From Torpedo marmorata (lineage: Eukaryota), in contig OZ360239.1 in assembly GCA_977017645.1 (NCBI GenBank), forward strand, positions 56,110,001-56,174,000: DNA of 64,000 bases, given 5' to 3'. The notes under the pieces are model-generated. The model did no database searches and had not been told where the DNA came from. It saw only the letters and a list, made by a program, of their open reading frames with translations. A program made the position numbers and the translations under genes. Numbering within the stretch: the first letter of the stretch is position 1; each line of letters starts with the position of its first letter. Shown here piece by piece: positions 1 to 12,379 of this stretch.

Positions 1-1101
1 CGGTTACACGCCCTACATTGCGACCTCTGCCACCCAGGAGTTACCAGGCTCTTTCACTTCGTGAAGTCACAGAACCTGCCATACTCCCTGGAAGAAGTCA
101 GGACCATGATCAGCAGCTGCCGGGTCTGTGCGGAGTGCAAACCGCAATTCTACCGCCCCGACAAGGCACAGCTGATCAAGGCCAACCGCCCTTTCGATCG
201 TCTTAGTATCGACTTCAAGGGCCCCCTTCCCTCCACGAACCGCAATGTGTATTTTCTCAACATCATTGATGAATACTCGCGGTTCCCCTTCGCCATCCCC
301 TGCCCCGATACCTCGGCATCCTCTTCTATTAAAGCCCTCCGCCAGGTATTCACATTATTCGGGTTCCCCTGCTATATCCATAGTGACCGGGGATCTGCGT
401 TTATGAGTGAGGAATTGTGGCAGTACTTGCAGACCCGAGGCATCGCCACCAGCAGAACCACGGGGTACAACCCACGGGGAAACGGGCAGGTGGAGAGGGA
501 GAACGCTACCGTATGGAAGGCCACACTCCTGGCCCTGAAATCTAAAGGGTGGCCGGTGGCCCGTTGGCAGGAGGTTCTCCCGGACGCTCTCCACTCCATA
601 CGATCCCTCTTGTGTACCTCTACCAATGCTACCCCTCATGAACGTCTTCTTTCCTTCCCCAGAAAGTCGACCACCGGAACCACCCTCCCTGCCTGGCTGA
701 CGTCCCCGGGACCAGTGCTACTCCGCAAGCATCTTCGGAGTAGCAAGTACGAGCCCTTAGTCGAGGGGGTGCAGCTGACCCACGCGAACCCGCAATACGC
801 ATTTGTGGTCTTCCCTGATGGGCGGGAAGACACAGTATCGATATGGGACCTGGCGCCTGCAGGAGCGCCGGAAGAGGTCCCTGACAGCGAGAACGCCTGG
901 TCGCAGCTGCCTCCCCCGCCCCCCAGCACGGCGGGCCCAACACCCCTGCTGGGGCTGAATGGGCCACAAGCCAGGCAGGAGACAACCCAGACACCTCCTA
1001 CCCCATCACAACTACCACTACCATCATCGCCCGCCCCGTCACCATGGGTTCTACGCAGGTCGCAGCGGCGGATTCGACCGCCGGATAGACTCGACCTGTA
1101 A
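1..1101 (+). mobile_element. Ty3/Gypsy LTR retrotransposon pol, integrase region (5' part outside window)
   Basis: ORF 61-1101: zinc-finger remnant CRVC, catalytic D (SIDFKGP), D (HSDRG) and E (NGQVE) with 35 residues between the last two; Pro-rich tail ending LRRSQRRIRPPDRL, typical of fish Gypsy integrases. Confidence 0.93.
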
Positions 1102-1192
1102 ATGTAATGGTCGCTGTGATTCTAACTGTATATATTTGTACTCGACCTGTAAATGTAATGGTCGCTGTAAATCTAACTGTATATATCTGTGT
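1089..1192 (+). repeat. 51-bp tandem duplication spanning the pol stop codon
   Basis: actcgacctgtaaatgtaatggtcgctgt... starts at 1089 and again at 1140. Confidence 0.9.
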
Positions 1193-1277
1193 ATACGCGG
1201 GATTCGTCGGGTGTGTGGGTGAATAATCACGGTGGCCACTTCACCCCGGTGGACTTCTTTTAAAAAGGAGGGGTGAA

Positions 1278-1531
1278 TGTGGTAAACCACTATTGTATAT
1301 ACTATGGGCTGAGGACAAGTCTGAGCATGCCCTGCTGTCTGTCCCGGTGGCTCCTCCCCCTTCCCCCTTGAATAAAGGCCTTGAGCCACTGCCCCCGCCC
1401 CCAGTTCCGGGACAGTCCAGCAGGTCTCAGCAGGTCAATTGTAGCTTGGCCCTGGCTCGGTTTTACTGTTAATAAAAGCCTTTGATCTCCCAGTACTTCC
1501 TGCCTCTGATGAGTCATTGATAGGTATATCA
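1278..1531 (+). mobile_element. Gypsy 3' LTR (~254 bp) preceded by polypurine tract
   Basis: PPT aaaaaggaggggtgaa at 1262-1277, then TG(tggta)...(tatat)CA; AATAAA at 1371 and 1471. Confidence 0.8.
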
Positions 1532-2206
1532 ATTGTATGAAATGAATGTTTCTGATTGGAGTTGGTATAATGATCAACTACAGGTAGAATGGCAGAAAAT
1601 AATTTTGATTTTATTTATTTATCAAATGAGTATTGTCCCAAGGAAATGGGAGAAAAGTGTGGTTAAATGCACTTTGAAACGTTGAATTGAGACAAGCAAA
1701 CCAGGAGCGTCATATTGAGTAATCCTGAAACATGTCAGGTTGAGATGTGAGAACATTGATTCATGTGTCATGCACGAGAATGCGACTGAAGTCTTTAAAA
1801 AAATGTATGCATGAGTGGAATTTGGGACTGAGGCTGGATCTGAGGTTTGGCTTTGCCCTCTTTTTGCATTCATGAATTATGTGCTAGCATTTGTTGTGCA
1901 TGTTTGGGCACAATGAATGCTTATTTGGATGGGACCAACACCAAGTGCAGTGTGGTCCAACACTATTGAGATTGCAGGCAGTAAAACTGGAAAAAAAAGA
2001 TTTTTAGGTGATTCCATGTTTTTCATAATTTAATTTGAGGATGAATAAAAATAATTGCCTTTTCTGAATAATGCAGAAAATGTTTCCTATTCAATATTTT
2101 AACTAAATTAAGAAACTGTAAAACTATATGAGTATGCACCCAGGTTTAGAGATGTGCTTGCCTCAAACTTTAATGCTGCTGCAAAAAACCTGTCATTGTT
2201 TTACAG

Positions 2207-2963
2207 AGTGGACCTTCTGGGACCGAAAGGCCTGAGACTGTTGCTTTTCCTACGAGGGATCCTCGGTGCTATAGCCATGATGTTGCTGTTCTACGCCATT
2301 CAACAGATGCATTTGGCTGATGCCACTGTCATAATGTTCAGTAACCCAGTCTTCGTCTCTGTATTTGCATGGATTTTTCTGAAGGAAAAATGCACTTTCT
2401 TGGATCCCATCTTCCTCATTTTTACTTTAGTCGGGGTCATTTTTATCGCTAGACCACAGTTTCTCTTTGGCACTGGCATTTCTGAATTTGAAAGCGACTA
2501 CAAGAATCACATCAAGGGGACGGTTGCTGCTTTTGGAAGTGCAATCAGCACGGCATTGACGTTGATAGTGATCCGGAAAATGGGCAAATCCGTCCATTAT
2601 TTCCACTCCATTTGGTACTATTCAGTGATTGGATCGGTGCTGAGTTTAAGTGCGGTCTTGATAATTCAGGAATGGCGCTTGCCCTTCTGTGGAATGGATC
2701 GAGCATTTTTAATCATAATCAGCCTACTTGGGATTGGAGGGCAGACCTTTCTCACAAAAGCTTTGCAGATAGAGAAAGCTGCCCCTGTGGCTCTTATAAA
2801 GACAATCGAAGTAGTTCTAGCTTTTATATTGCAATATTTATTCTTAAATCGTTCACCTACCTGGTGGAGTTTAGGAGGAACACTTTGTGTAACATGTGGC
2901 ACCAGTGGAGTTGCTATTCAGAAGTGGTACACCAGCACCAGAAAAAAGAAAAATCAAAATTAA
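2207..2963 (+). CDS. SLC35G1: Solute carrier family 35 member G1 (TMEM20, EamA/DMT fold), final coding exon
   Basis: Translation matches the recalled SLC35G1 C-terminal part (GPKG.R..L.LRG, LADATVI.FS.PVF, RKMGKSV.YF.SIWYY, LTKALQIEKA.PVA, PTWW..GG.LCV); acceptor ttgttttacAG at 2196-2206; stop TAA 2961-2963. The ORF-track start at 2154 is intronic. Confidence 0.95.
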
Positions 2964-3324
2964 CCAAAAGAAGCAAAGAAAAATACAAATTAACCAAAGT
3001 CCTTTATATTTTGAAATGAGGGAGATCGGCTCAAGAAGATGGCCGAATTTGAATATGGTTATTTTTCCACATCTATTTTCTGAACACTGAAAACATACTC
3101 AAAATTATAACTCAAGAATTTCACAGGATAATGCAAAATTGTAACTTTCTGCCATTTTTAAATTGAAACGTAATTATTTGGATTTCTGACATGTGAAATT
3201 CCATTGTAATAATGTTGCGTAACTGACTGAGATCTTGCACTATATTACTAAGTTTGTAAAATGATTTGCACTCGTCCAGAGTTCAGGAGACCATCCTGGG
3301 ACTCTGTCAATTCAGTATGGTTCC

Positions 3325-3835
3325 GTTTGACACATTTGCCTCCAAGTCAGGCCGTGGGTTCAAGCCTCTCTCCAGAGACTTGTGCATATCATCTGCACTG
3401 AGTGAGTGCCTTATAAATGAGGCAATAAACTTGAGGCCCTGACTGCCCCTCAAGGATTTAAGAGACACCAAAAGGTCCCACAACACTCCAAAGATGGGTC
3501 CCTGACTGCCCTCTCAAGAATGTAAGAGACACCAAAAGGTCCCATAACACTCCAAAGATGGGCCCCTGATTGCCCCCTCAAGGATATAAGAGACACCAAA
3601 AGGTCCCATAAAACTCCAAAGATGATTTACCATTAAATTCTCATTATGTCCAGATCAACTTTCATCCCTCAATGAATCAATAACTGATTATCTTTTTCTT
3701 GGTTTAATTTCTGCCTTGGAGACCTTTTTTAGTGTTCTGCCATCAGTGACTATGCCTCAAGCAACTCTAAGGTTGCAAAGCACTTTGGAGTATCCTGGAG
3801 TAATGAAAGGTGCTCCATTTATGCACTTCTTGCTT
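3325..3835 (+). mobile_element. Degenerate DeuSINE (SacSINE1/AmnSINE-like) downstream of the SLC35G1 stop
   Basis: B-box-like gggttcaagcc, Deu-domain-like gaggccctgactgcccctc, and 3' part cagtgactatg...gcactttgg...gaaaggtgct...atgca resembling the recalled DeuSINE consensus. Confidence 0.6.
3435..3624 (+). repeat. Three tandem copies of a 62-64 bp unit inside the DeuSINE
   Basis: ccctgactgccc(c)tcaag.at.taagagacaccaaaaggtccca.aacactccaaagatg at about 3435, 3497 and 3561. Confidence 0.92.
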
Positions 3836-6800
3836 TGCATTCAGATGAGTGCTGAACGGTACTGATTACCTGCTTACCTGGTAATAGCTTCATAATGCTT
3901 TCTTTAATTGGGTTCTGAAACTAAACTTTAATATTTTTCTGTTTTGTGGTCTTACACAATTATTAGAGAATATTTATTCATATTTGATAAAATATTGAAT
4001 GTTCTCATTTAATTGTTTAATTTGAAAGTAAAATTTAAATTTAGCATGAAGATAAAGTGTTTTAATGTGTGTAATGTAGATTATTTAATTGATGTCACAG
4101 ACCCTTTTTGTATGTGTTGAATAATCATCCAGCAACCTGCTGATTATCAAACTGCTGAGTACAAAGTTGGCTTGTTCCATAATGCCATCTGGACATGTGA
4201 TACATCAAATAGGGATTGTAACATGCATATTAAAGGTAATTTAAAATTGTAAAAGAATATTTGATATTTATGACCATTTCTGCAATTATCTTTTTTTGTG
4301 GCAAATACCAAAATGTACAACATGGAGGGTAAACTTTGTAACAAAGCCAAAGTGCTTATGAAATGTTCCTGGATAGTTATTCCTTCTATTGTTAAAAATA
4401 ATCCTCTAAAAATGCAATGATACAAGAAGGTTTCAAAGTATTATTAGCACATTCTTTTATGGTGCAGTCGTTTTGCTAATAGTTTCCCGCAATTTGTAAT
4501 GGGGCAGTTGTTGTCAATACTAACACTTGACCAGTTGCCTGGGCTTTGGCTTCTTTGCTTCTCTTGAATTTTACTGCCACAAACTGTTGCATATGTAGCC
4601 TAAGATAGAACATAATGGCATATCTAAGAGTGAGGAGACCACATGATGAACTTTAAGGGGAGCACGGTTCTGTTCACTGCAGGTGCTATGCCATTTAACT
4701 TTCATCTTTTGAGTGAAGCATTAACACCTGTCTCCCCATTTCCTTTGTGCTGCACTCAAAATTTGACTCGGCATTACCTGGTGTGGAGATGCAAAAGACT
4801 TCAGATGCTGGAATCTGGAGCAAAAAATAAACTCAGTGTGTCAGGTAGCATCTATGGAAGCAAAAGTGGGGGGGGGGGTTTGGTTGAGACCATTTTTCAC
4901 CATTTCTTAGGGTGAATCACCTAAGAACTGGTATGATTTTAACATCAAGGGAGCACTAGGTGGTATCAATTCCAGTGAAATACTCTCTTTGAAGTATTGC
5001 AGGAAAATATAGTGACTTGCATTGTGGGACAACAGTTTTACTTGCATCGTATCAGCTAGGAGACCCAGGAGGCATGTAAAGTACTTGCGCAGATCTTTAT
5101 GAACCATGTAGCTTTACTTACCCCTGGGTACAGAAACAAACCCCTATACCATCCTTCAACTTGCTGCCAATGTTCCTTTTCCAGCCTCCTCTCAACCATC
5201 CCAACATGTTGCCAATACAGTTTGTCCCCAGTAAATGAAGGGGTTCCATCCATAAATTATTTTGTCCACAGGTCAGAAAATACACAAAGCCACTCCAAAT
5301 GAACATACCTCCAGAATATTGTAATGAATGGCATCAAAAGTACATTAGACTGATAGAAAAATTGCAAAATGTGGAGGGAGAATGAGGAACCTAGTTCTGT
5401 CTTTTGTGGAATCAAATGTGTGTACTACCTGTGTTAGACTTCTGAATTTAAGATTCTTATAGGAGCATGTTCATATCAGGATGTCCATTGGTCAGGTGTT
5501 TGTAACCCAGGACAACTGTTGTCTTTTTTTTCCTTCCTTTGCAAACAAAAAAACCTTAAATAATTCATTTTATACCTCCCACAAAGTAGCAGAAGGCACT
5601 CTTTAGTATACATCTGTTCCACAATAATATTTTTACAGAAATTCCCAGACCTTGTCCTCTGTTTGAGTTGTATTCGTCTGCCACGAGCCAAACTAAAGTA
5701 GAAAATGGTGACATATTTAAGAGAGGAAAGATGAAGGGGTTTGTGACTGATGATCTCCTAAGCTTGGCAAGGGACCAAGAACTGGGTGGCACTGACATGA
5801 AAATGTGAAATGCCTGGCCACTTGGCCTTGGGTGCAAGTTTTCACCAGAACACCACCAATCAAATGATCACTGATGCTCTGCTGCTGCACGATAGTATTT
5901 ATCCTGTTCTCATTTAGCCTTTGTTCCTATTGTATCACGTAACTTGCCACAACTTCCTTTGCATTAATGAACATAAAATAAAAAGAACTGAGGAAATGAT
6001 GCTGTTGACCTTTTCGCAGCTCTTGTTTAACTAAAAGACTTTGTGTTTTTGTTGTTCCTGTATCCTGTTTAGCTACATTTTTCATTGCTTCAGGAACTTA
6101 ACACTCATTGCCTATCTCTGATCTTTTTTTACCTATCTGCTTGTGAAAACCTTGCTGTAATTATTTCAGCTCTAAGTTCTGTAATTCCATCTATAAGCCC
6201 CTGTTTAACTTTTTTTCTTTTTAAGTGACTTGTTTAACAGAGCAGTTTGATCTTTTAGTCACCTTCCTTAATATTCTATTGCATGGGAGGGTGTCACATT
6301 GTGTGCGATAATACCTGTGAAGCATTTAAATAATATATATTGAGTATGTAGTGTAAATACATCATTTTTTGGCAGGATCCTGTGTGATTTTTATCTGCAC
6401 CTGGAGGCCTGTGATATTTGCTGATTAGCTTAGGATAGAAGTGAAAGTAAATTCTTTTTTTTACCAGTAGGGTCCTATGGTTTCAACTACTTTCTCATAA
6501 GTGCACTGTTGTGACTTGTTTTGGCCTTCAGTCTGTGGTTATGGTTAGGTGTTGCAGAGAACTGCATCTTTTGACACTGATAACCCACTGTGATATTGAC
6601 TCTGAATGTATTACGTCATTGGGTTTTGCGTTTGCAGATTGAGGCCATACTTGTGAAGTTGTCTCTTCTGCTGGTGACACTGGGCCAACCCAACTTCAAT
6701 TCTGCTGGCTCATTTGAAATTGGAAACTGAAAGCTCTGTCTTCCTGTAAATTCCACATTCAAAGACAGCAAGCCACCCATATCAATGTTCTCTAGTATTG

Positions 6801-7454
6801 CACATAGAAAAAACATCAGGAAGAAGAAGCAGAAAAAAATGCCCCAAATCCAACGTTAAAGATTACTTATCCAATGTGGAGTCTAATATGAAGTGCGTTG
6901 AGAGCGTTAGGCTCATCAGATGTACTTGATGTCATTCATTAATTTTCAGTTGTGCAGTGTCATCTATTTAGTGAAACATCTTCCAATATGCATGACAAAT
7001 ATTTACCAACAGTTTTATAGCAATGTTTTTTTAATCAAATATTTGATTTGCTTTCCCTTGAATGACCAGTCATATTTTCTGTCATTTGTTAACAATACAC
7101 AGACAATAATGGATTTGGGTTGCATAGTTTCCTATTCTTTTATCCCAATGTGTGCAGCTCAATGCAGCTTTGAGTAATTTTTGTGTTTTTTTTCTCTCTC
7201 CTTCATTCTCTCTCTCATTTTAAGTTTTTCCATAAACTCAGTAGATTGTGAACAGGAATGCCAGTACAAACTGTACCAAAGATGGAGATTCTTTGTCTGC
7301 GAAAAGGGGTGAGTGCTTTTCATGACTTTCTCACTGCAGGCTTGCTATTCTGTGCATCAACAAGTCCTTTCTGGTGTAACATTAAATTGCAAAGTAGGGA
7401 TATCTTCTGGAGAGTTTCCTGGTAAAAGTGTCCCATGTTATGGATTTGCTTTGG

Positions 7455-7760
7455 TGGGGAGTCTGGGACCAGAGGACACAGCCTCTGAATAAAAACGTCC
7501 CTTTAAAACAGAGATGCCAAGGAATTTCTTTACCCAGAGGGTGGTGCATCTATGCAATTTGTTGCTGTGGATGGCTATGGAGGCTGTCATTTGGTATATT
7601 TAAGACTGAGGTAGATAAGTTCTTGATTAAGAAGGGAAACAAAAGTTACGGGGTGAAGGCGGGAGAATGGAGTTGAAAAAAATGGTAAATCAGCCACAAT
7701 GGAATGGCAGGGCCATCTTGATGGGCTGAATGGCCTAATTCTGCTCTTGTGTGTCTTTTG
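7455..7760 (+). mobile_element. CR1 LINE 3' fragment
   Basis: ggggagtctgggaccagaggacacagcct...aatttctttacccagagggtggtg...gatgggctgaatggcctaattctgctc, CR1 ORF2 end and 3' UTR. Confidence 0.75.
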
Positions 7761-7915
7761 GTCTTGTGTGGTGTTCATAGATCTTAGCAAAACTTTCAAC
7801 GAAGCCCTGCTTAACAGACTGGTGACGAAATTAAAATCTTGTGTGAGCCAACTGAAGGTAATCCAAAACTACCTCAGTAGCAGGGACGTGCAGGTTAATG
7901 GCCAGTAGGAAGTTA

Positions 7916-9611
7916 CCGTATATTTCGGCGTATAAGTGGAGTCTTGAAACCCTCAAAAATCTCTCAAAAATGGGGGTCGACTTGTACGCCAGATACACTT
8001 TTGAGACCTTAAATTCAATTCAAAAAACCGCTCGACTCCGATTCGGCGTATAAGTCGACCCTTGAAAAACCAAAAAAAACAACCAACTACAACAAATTTT
8101 CATGCTACCAGTATATTAGAACAAATTTTTAATTGAAAAAAAAAAACGCATTTAGAATCCTTCAAAATCACTATCATCGTCTGAGGCAAAGATCACGGCA
8201 AGCACATCCACACTCTCACTGTTTAAACAGTCATCATACAGGTCCCAGTCTGTATCTGATGAGGCGGCTTCAGCTTCATCGTCAGTGTCCCACAATAAAT
8301 CATCTTCCGTACCATCCATTGAACACGAGATACCGCACTTTTTAAACGATTTTATTACAGTCTTTACTTTCACTTTATCCCATGCTTTAAGCACAGTCAC
8401 ACAGCACATCAAGTAATGCAGCACGCATTGCCCTGTCTTTTGTGAACGATTTTTCTGCACTCATCATCCATGTATTCCGTTCTTCACGCACATGGTCTTT
8501 GAATGGCTTGTTCAAGCAGACATTGAGAGGTTACAATAAAGACGTCAGACCACCCGGGATAACTGCCATGTAAGTATTATTTAGTGCTAATCTACTTTGT
8601 CTTCTCAGTTAAGTGGCTACGAAACATATCCCAGACCAGCAAACTCTGTTCCTTGAGTAAACCGCCTGGGCGCCTGTTCCACACATTGTCTATCCATAGT
8701 TTTACACCATTTTCATCCATCCATCCTTTTTCATGAAAATGTACAAAAATATCTGCAGGGAATTTCATTTTAGGTTTAAGTTTGCGTTTGAAGATTACCA
8801 TGGGTCTTAACTTCGTCCCGTCAGCCATGCACGATAACACCACCGTAAACCTGGTCCTTTCATGGCCCGTACTTCTGGCTTGCACAGTTTTCACACCTTT
8901 ACACTTCACTGTTCTATTGCCTATCATGTCAAAATTCATGGGGGTTTCGTCCATGTTTCCAATATTTGCCAATGCAAACTGGTGTTTCTGCCGGTTACGT
9001 ATAATAAACTGGTGAAAACTTACAACTTTATGATCAAGATCTTTTGGTAGTTTCTGAGCAATTTTTGTCTTTTATCGTAATACCAGATTTTTCCTGTTCA
9101 TGAAACGGTTGCACCAGCCTACTGTAGCTTCAAAATCTTTACTGCGTTCTGGGTGCGACTTTGCCCACTTCAGTGTAAATGTTCTTATTTTATTTCACGT
9201 GACTATGTAGCAATCTTGCCTCTGTTCACGTAACCATGCTGCAACGTGATTTTCCAACTCTGGCCAACGAAGGAGTCCTCTTCTTATCGAACATTGCCTC
9301 TTTTGTATTTTTCTTAAAGTCACTTCTTTCTTTCTCCAATCTCTTACCAACTTCTCATATATCTCAAATTTTCTTGCAGCCACACAGTTGCTGGATTTCT
9401 TGGCCATTTCTATTACTTTTAACTTAAAACTCGCTTCATACTTTCGTCGTTTTGCTGGAGGCGCCATGATAACAACCACCCTCAGCCAACGCCCAACAGC
9501 TCAGTCATCGCTATTTTTGGGGGGTCGACTTATACGCCCGATATATGATATAAACCATAAAAATGGGGACATGACTTATCTGAAGGTTGACTTATACACC
9601 AAAATATATGG
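7916..9611 (-). mobile_element. pogo-superfamily DNA transposon (POGK/Passer-like), full length, decayed
   Basis: TIRs ccgtatatttcggcgtataag / cttatacaccaaaatatatgg with TA on both sides; transposase pieces MAPPAKRRKYEASFKLKVI (Brinker-type HTH), CENP-B HTH, NMDETP, LVWDMFRSH, acidic tail; stops and frameshifts; third catalytic motif reads PLNV. Confidence 0.92.
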
Positions 9612-10109
9612 TAATAACAAAATGGCAGCATGAGGTCGGGTTATACATGATAATGGAATGGCTTCTTTTGTTTCTTCTGGTGATATCAATGACAAACTTG
9701 TTATGGTACAATCAAAAGGTTTGCAATAATACACACAATAACTATAGAGAGGAAATGACACTAACAACCAGAACTGCACAGCAGTGCATTTACAGCTGGA
9801 CATGTGTGCTTTACCAAGGGCACCACATCTGGCAACACCACATGTCAGCATATTCTAAGATACAGGGTTGCTCCAGACTATCATGAAGGGCATCACCAGG
9901 AACAATTGGCAGTTTGTGTAAGGCCATTGTGCTTTTACAGAGTGGCAGGTGTCACAAAACTCCAAGGGGCCAAGGATTACCTTAAAAACCTACTTTGCTT
10001 TATAACATGACCTGTGTCTAGTCAAATGTATTTTACTCTGTTTTTGACTAGCATCACATGTAACTGAATGCTCAGCCCCTGTGAGTTGCCACGAGGTTCT
10101 TGCCATAAG

Positions 10110-10340
10110 AGAAACACAGAAGCTGCAGATGGTGTAATCTTGAGGATATGACAAGAATCTGAAAAACCTCAGTGGGTCAGACAGCACCCATGGATAAAAA
10201 AGGTCAGTCAACAGTTTGGATTGGGAGTCTTTATCGAGACCCGGTCAAAGGGTCCTGATCCAAAACATTGACTGACCATTTCTAACCAGGGATGCTACCT
10301 GAGTACCTGCAATGTTCCTCCAGCAGCTCATTGTTTACTC
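10110..10340. mobile_element. Old fold-back Penelope pLTR fragment
   Basis: Imperfect inverted arms ggtcagtcaacagtttggatt / atccaaaacattgactgacc around ~10242; pLTR-like ctgcagatg..., ctcagtgggtcagacagca. Confidence 0.55.
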
Positions 10341-11682
10341 CTGTCTGTTTGCTTTCCTTAAGACAGAAAAGCCCATCGCTAAGCCGATATTGCACATAGC
10401 TCAGCAGGCCTGAAAAGTTAACTCCACTTTCTCTTTTCACAAATAATGTCTGACCTGGTGAACATCACCAGCTTTTTCTCCGTTTATCCCTCAACTTGTC
10501 TGCAGATGACGCCATTGGTCAAATTGCTAAAGTAGTGCCACAATCTGAATGTTGACGGACAGCAGTGAAAATTATGACCTCAAGTCTTCTTCATGTTCTC
10601 CTGCATTACAAAATAACCACAATTCTAAATTGCCGATTTAAAATACCTTGGAACATCCTGACTTTGTGGGGAAAACAATTTGAGTGCCAGCATTTTAATT
10701 TAAAATATCTGTCCAAGTTAATTAAGATAAACTTCAAGTAAACCGAGAAGCTTATAATGTTTTTTATTCTTTGTTAATTTCTTAATTATTTTAAATGAAT
10801 TTGTTTTTGTGCAATCAGTCGGTTTCTCTGATATTTTCCTCAAAATCTCTCCACAAAAGTTGAGACATGATGAACAATTTAAAGTGGGTTATCTGTCTCT
10901 ATTCCATTTCAGCCACATAACCCAAAATTTTCCTGAGCACCTTGGTGATCCTTGTTTAAGGAAATCGAGGATTGTGGGGTTAGTGAAGGGAAGCGTGGCT
11001 GAGATGAAGATCAGCCATGGTCTTACTTTGACGCTGGTGCAGGACAAGAAACTGAATGGCCGATGCCTAATTCTACATGTTCCCCATCCCTGCATTGTTC
11101 AGCATGGTTTATAAACTAAGAATTTTTAAAAAATCTTTAAACAAACAAAGTAACCAGGTCACATGGAGCAGCTGGACTGCTTACTAGATAAGTGTTGTAG
11201 GAATAGTTGGAGGCGATTGGACAAAAACATGAAGAGTCCTGAGGTTTGGCTATTCCAATGGTCATGGTGAATGGTACAAAGAGCGAGGGGACTTGATATC
11301 CTGGCAAAAAGTTGTTTTAAAAAAAAACTCTTGGTTCATTTGTGCTTCCCAAGAGGAAAGTTCTGTTGTTTTTACTTGGTCTAGCCTAATGTGACACCAG
11401 TTAGGATTTTTAATGGCCTTCTTAAACAACACTGAAAACTCTCAATTTAACACCATTAAATATAATACTGTATATGAAATAGCAGAAGGACTAGAAATGT
11501 AGTCCAATGCTCTTAGGAGTTCCAGAATTTAAACCTGACAATATGCTTTGTGTGACTAAGAGAGGAGACAACAGTGATTACTTCCATTCATTTGAGTTTC
11601 TTGTCTGTCTTGGTGGTTGAAGTTGCAGGTTTGTAAGGTGCTGTCAGTATAACCGAGGGAAGTAAGTGGAGTAGTATACACT

Positions 11683-12321
11683 GTCGATGAAGAGCAGCCG
11701 TATGTATGAGTTGCTGTTTTCGAGGTGATCCAGAGCTGAGTGGAGAGCCAGCGATATTGCATCTGCTGTGGAGCGATTGTGACGATAGCCGAATTGCAGT
11801 GGGTCCAGATCTTTGCTTAGGTACGTGTTAATTCTGGCCATGACCAGCCTCTCAAAGCATTTCATCACAGTAGAAGTTAGTGCTACTGGGCGGTAGTCGT
11901 TGAGGCAGCCCGCACTACTCTTCTTGGGTACCGAGATGATTGATGCCCTTTTGAAGCAGGTGGGAACCTCTGACTGCCGCAATGAGAGGTTGAAAATGTC
12001 CGTGAACACTCCGGCTAGATGGTTGGTGCAGATTTTCAGTACCCTGCCAGGTACACTGTCAGGGCCTGACGCCTTGAATGATGTCCTGACGTCGCCCTCA
12101 GAGACAGATATCACAGGGTCCTCAGCCTTTTCAGGGATTCTAGTAGGCACTGTTTGGTTCTTCTTCTCAAAGCGGGCATAGAAGGTGATCAGCTCATCGG
12201 GTAGTGAAGCATCACAGCCGTCTATAGTGTTCGCCCTCGCTTTGTAGGCTGTAATGGCCTGCACTCCCTGCCATAGCTGGCGTGTATCTGTCTCTGACTC
12301 TAGCTTCCACCGGAATTGCCA
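11683..12321 (-). mobile_element. Rex1/Babar-type LINE (subfamily A) internal fragment without 3' tail
   Basis: ORF 11644-12339 nearly identical to the RT linker/N-terminus of the copies at 17 kb and 36.7-37.3 kb ([32 protein letters not shown]). Confidence 0.9.
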
Positions 12322-12379
12322 AGTTATAACACCCGCCATGGTGTGGTTTTCTCCTTAATTCTCATTAATTTTATTTTTA

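Noticed and set aside
2154-2206. ORF-track N-terminus MLASNFNAAAKNLSLFY as the start of a single-exon gene
   Set aside because: Non-ATG start; a pyrimidine tract plus AG at 2205-2206 marks an intron, and SLC35G1 similarity begins after it
3435-3624. Regularly spaced repeats as a CRISPR array
   Set aside because: Contiguous tandem units with no unique spacers, eukaryotic context, no cas genes
9195-9479. Domesticated POGK gene
   Set aside because: Bounded by TIRs and a TA TSD, with stops and frameshifts; no KRAB exon seen
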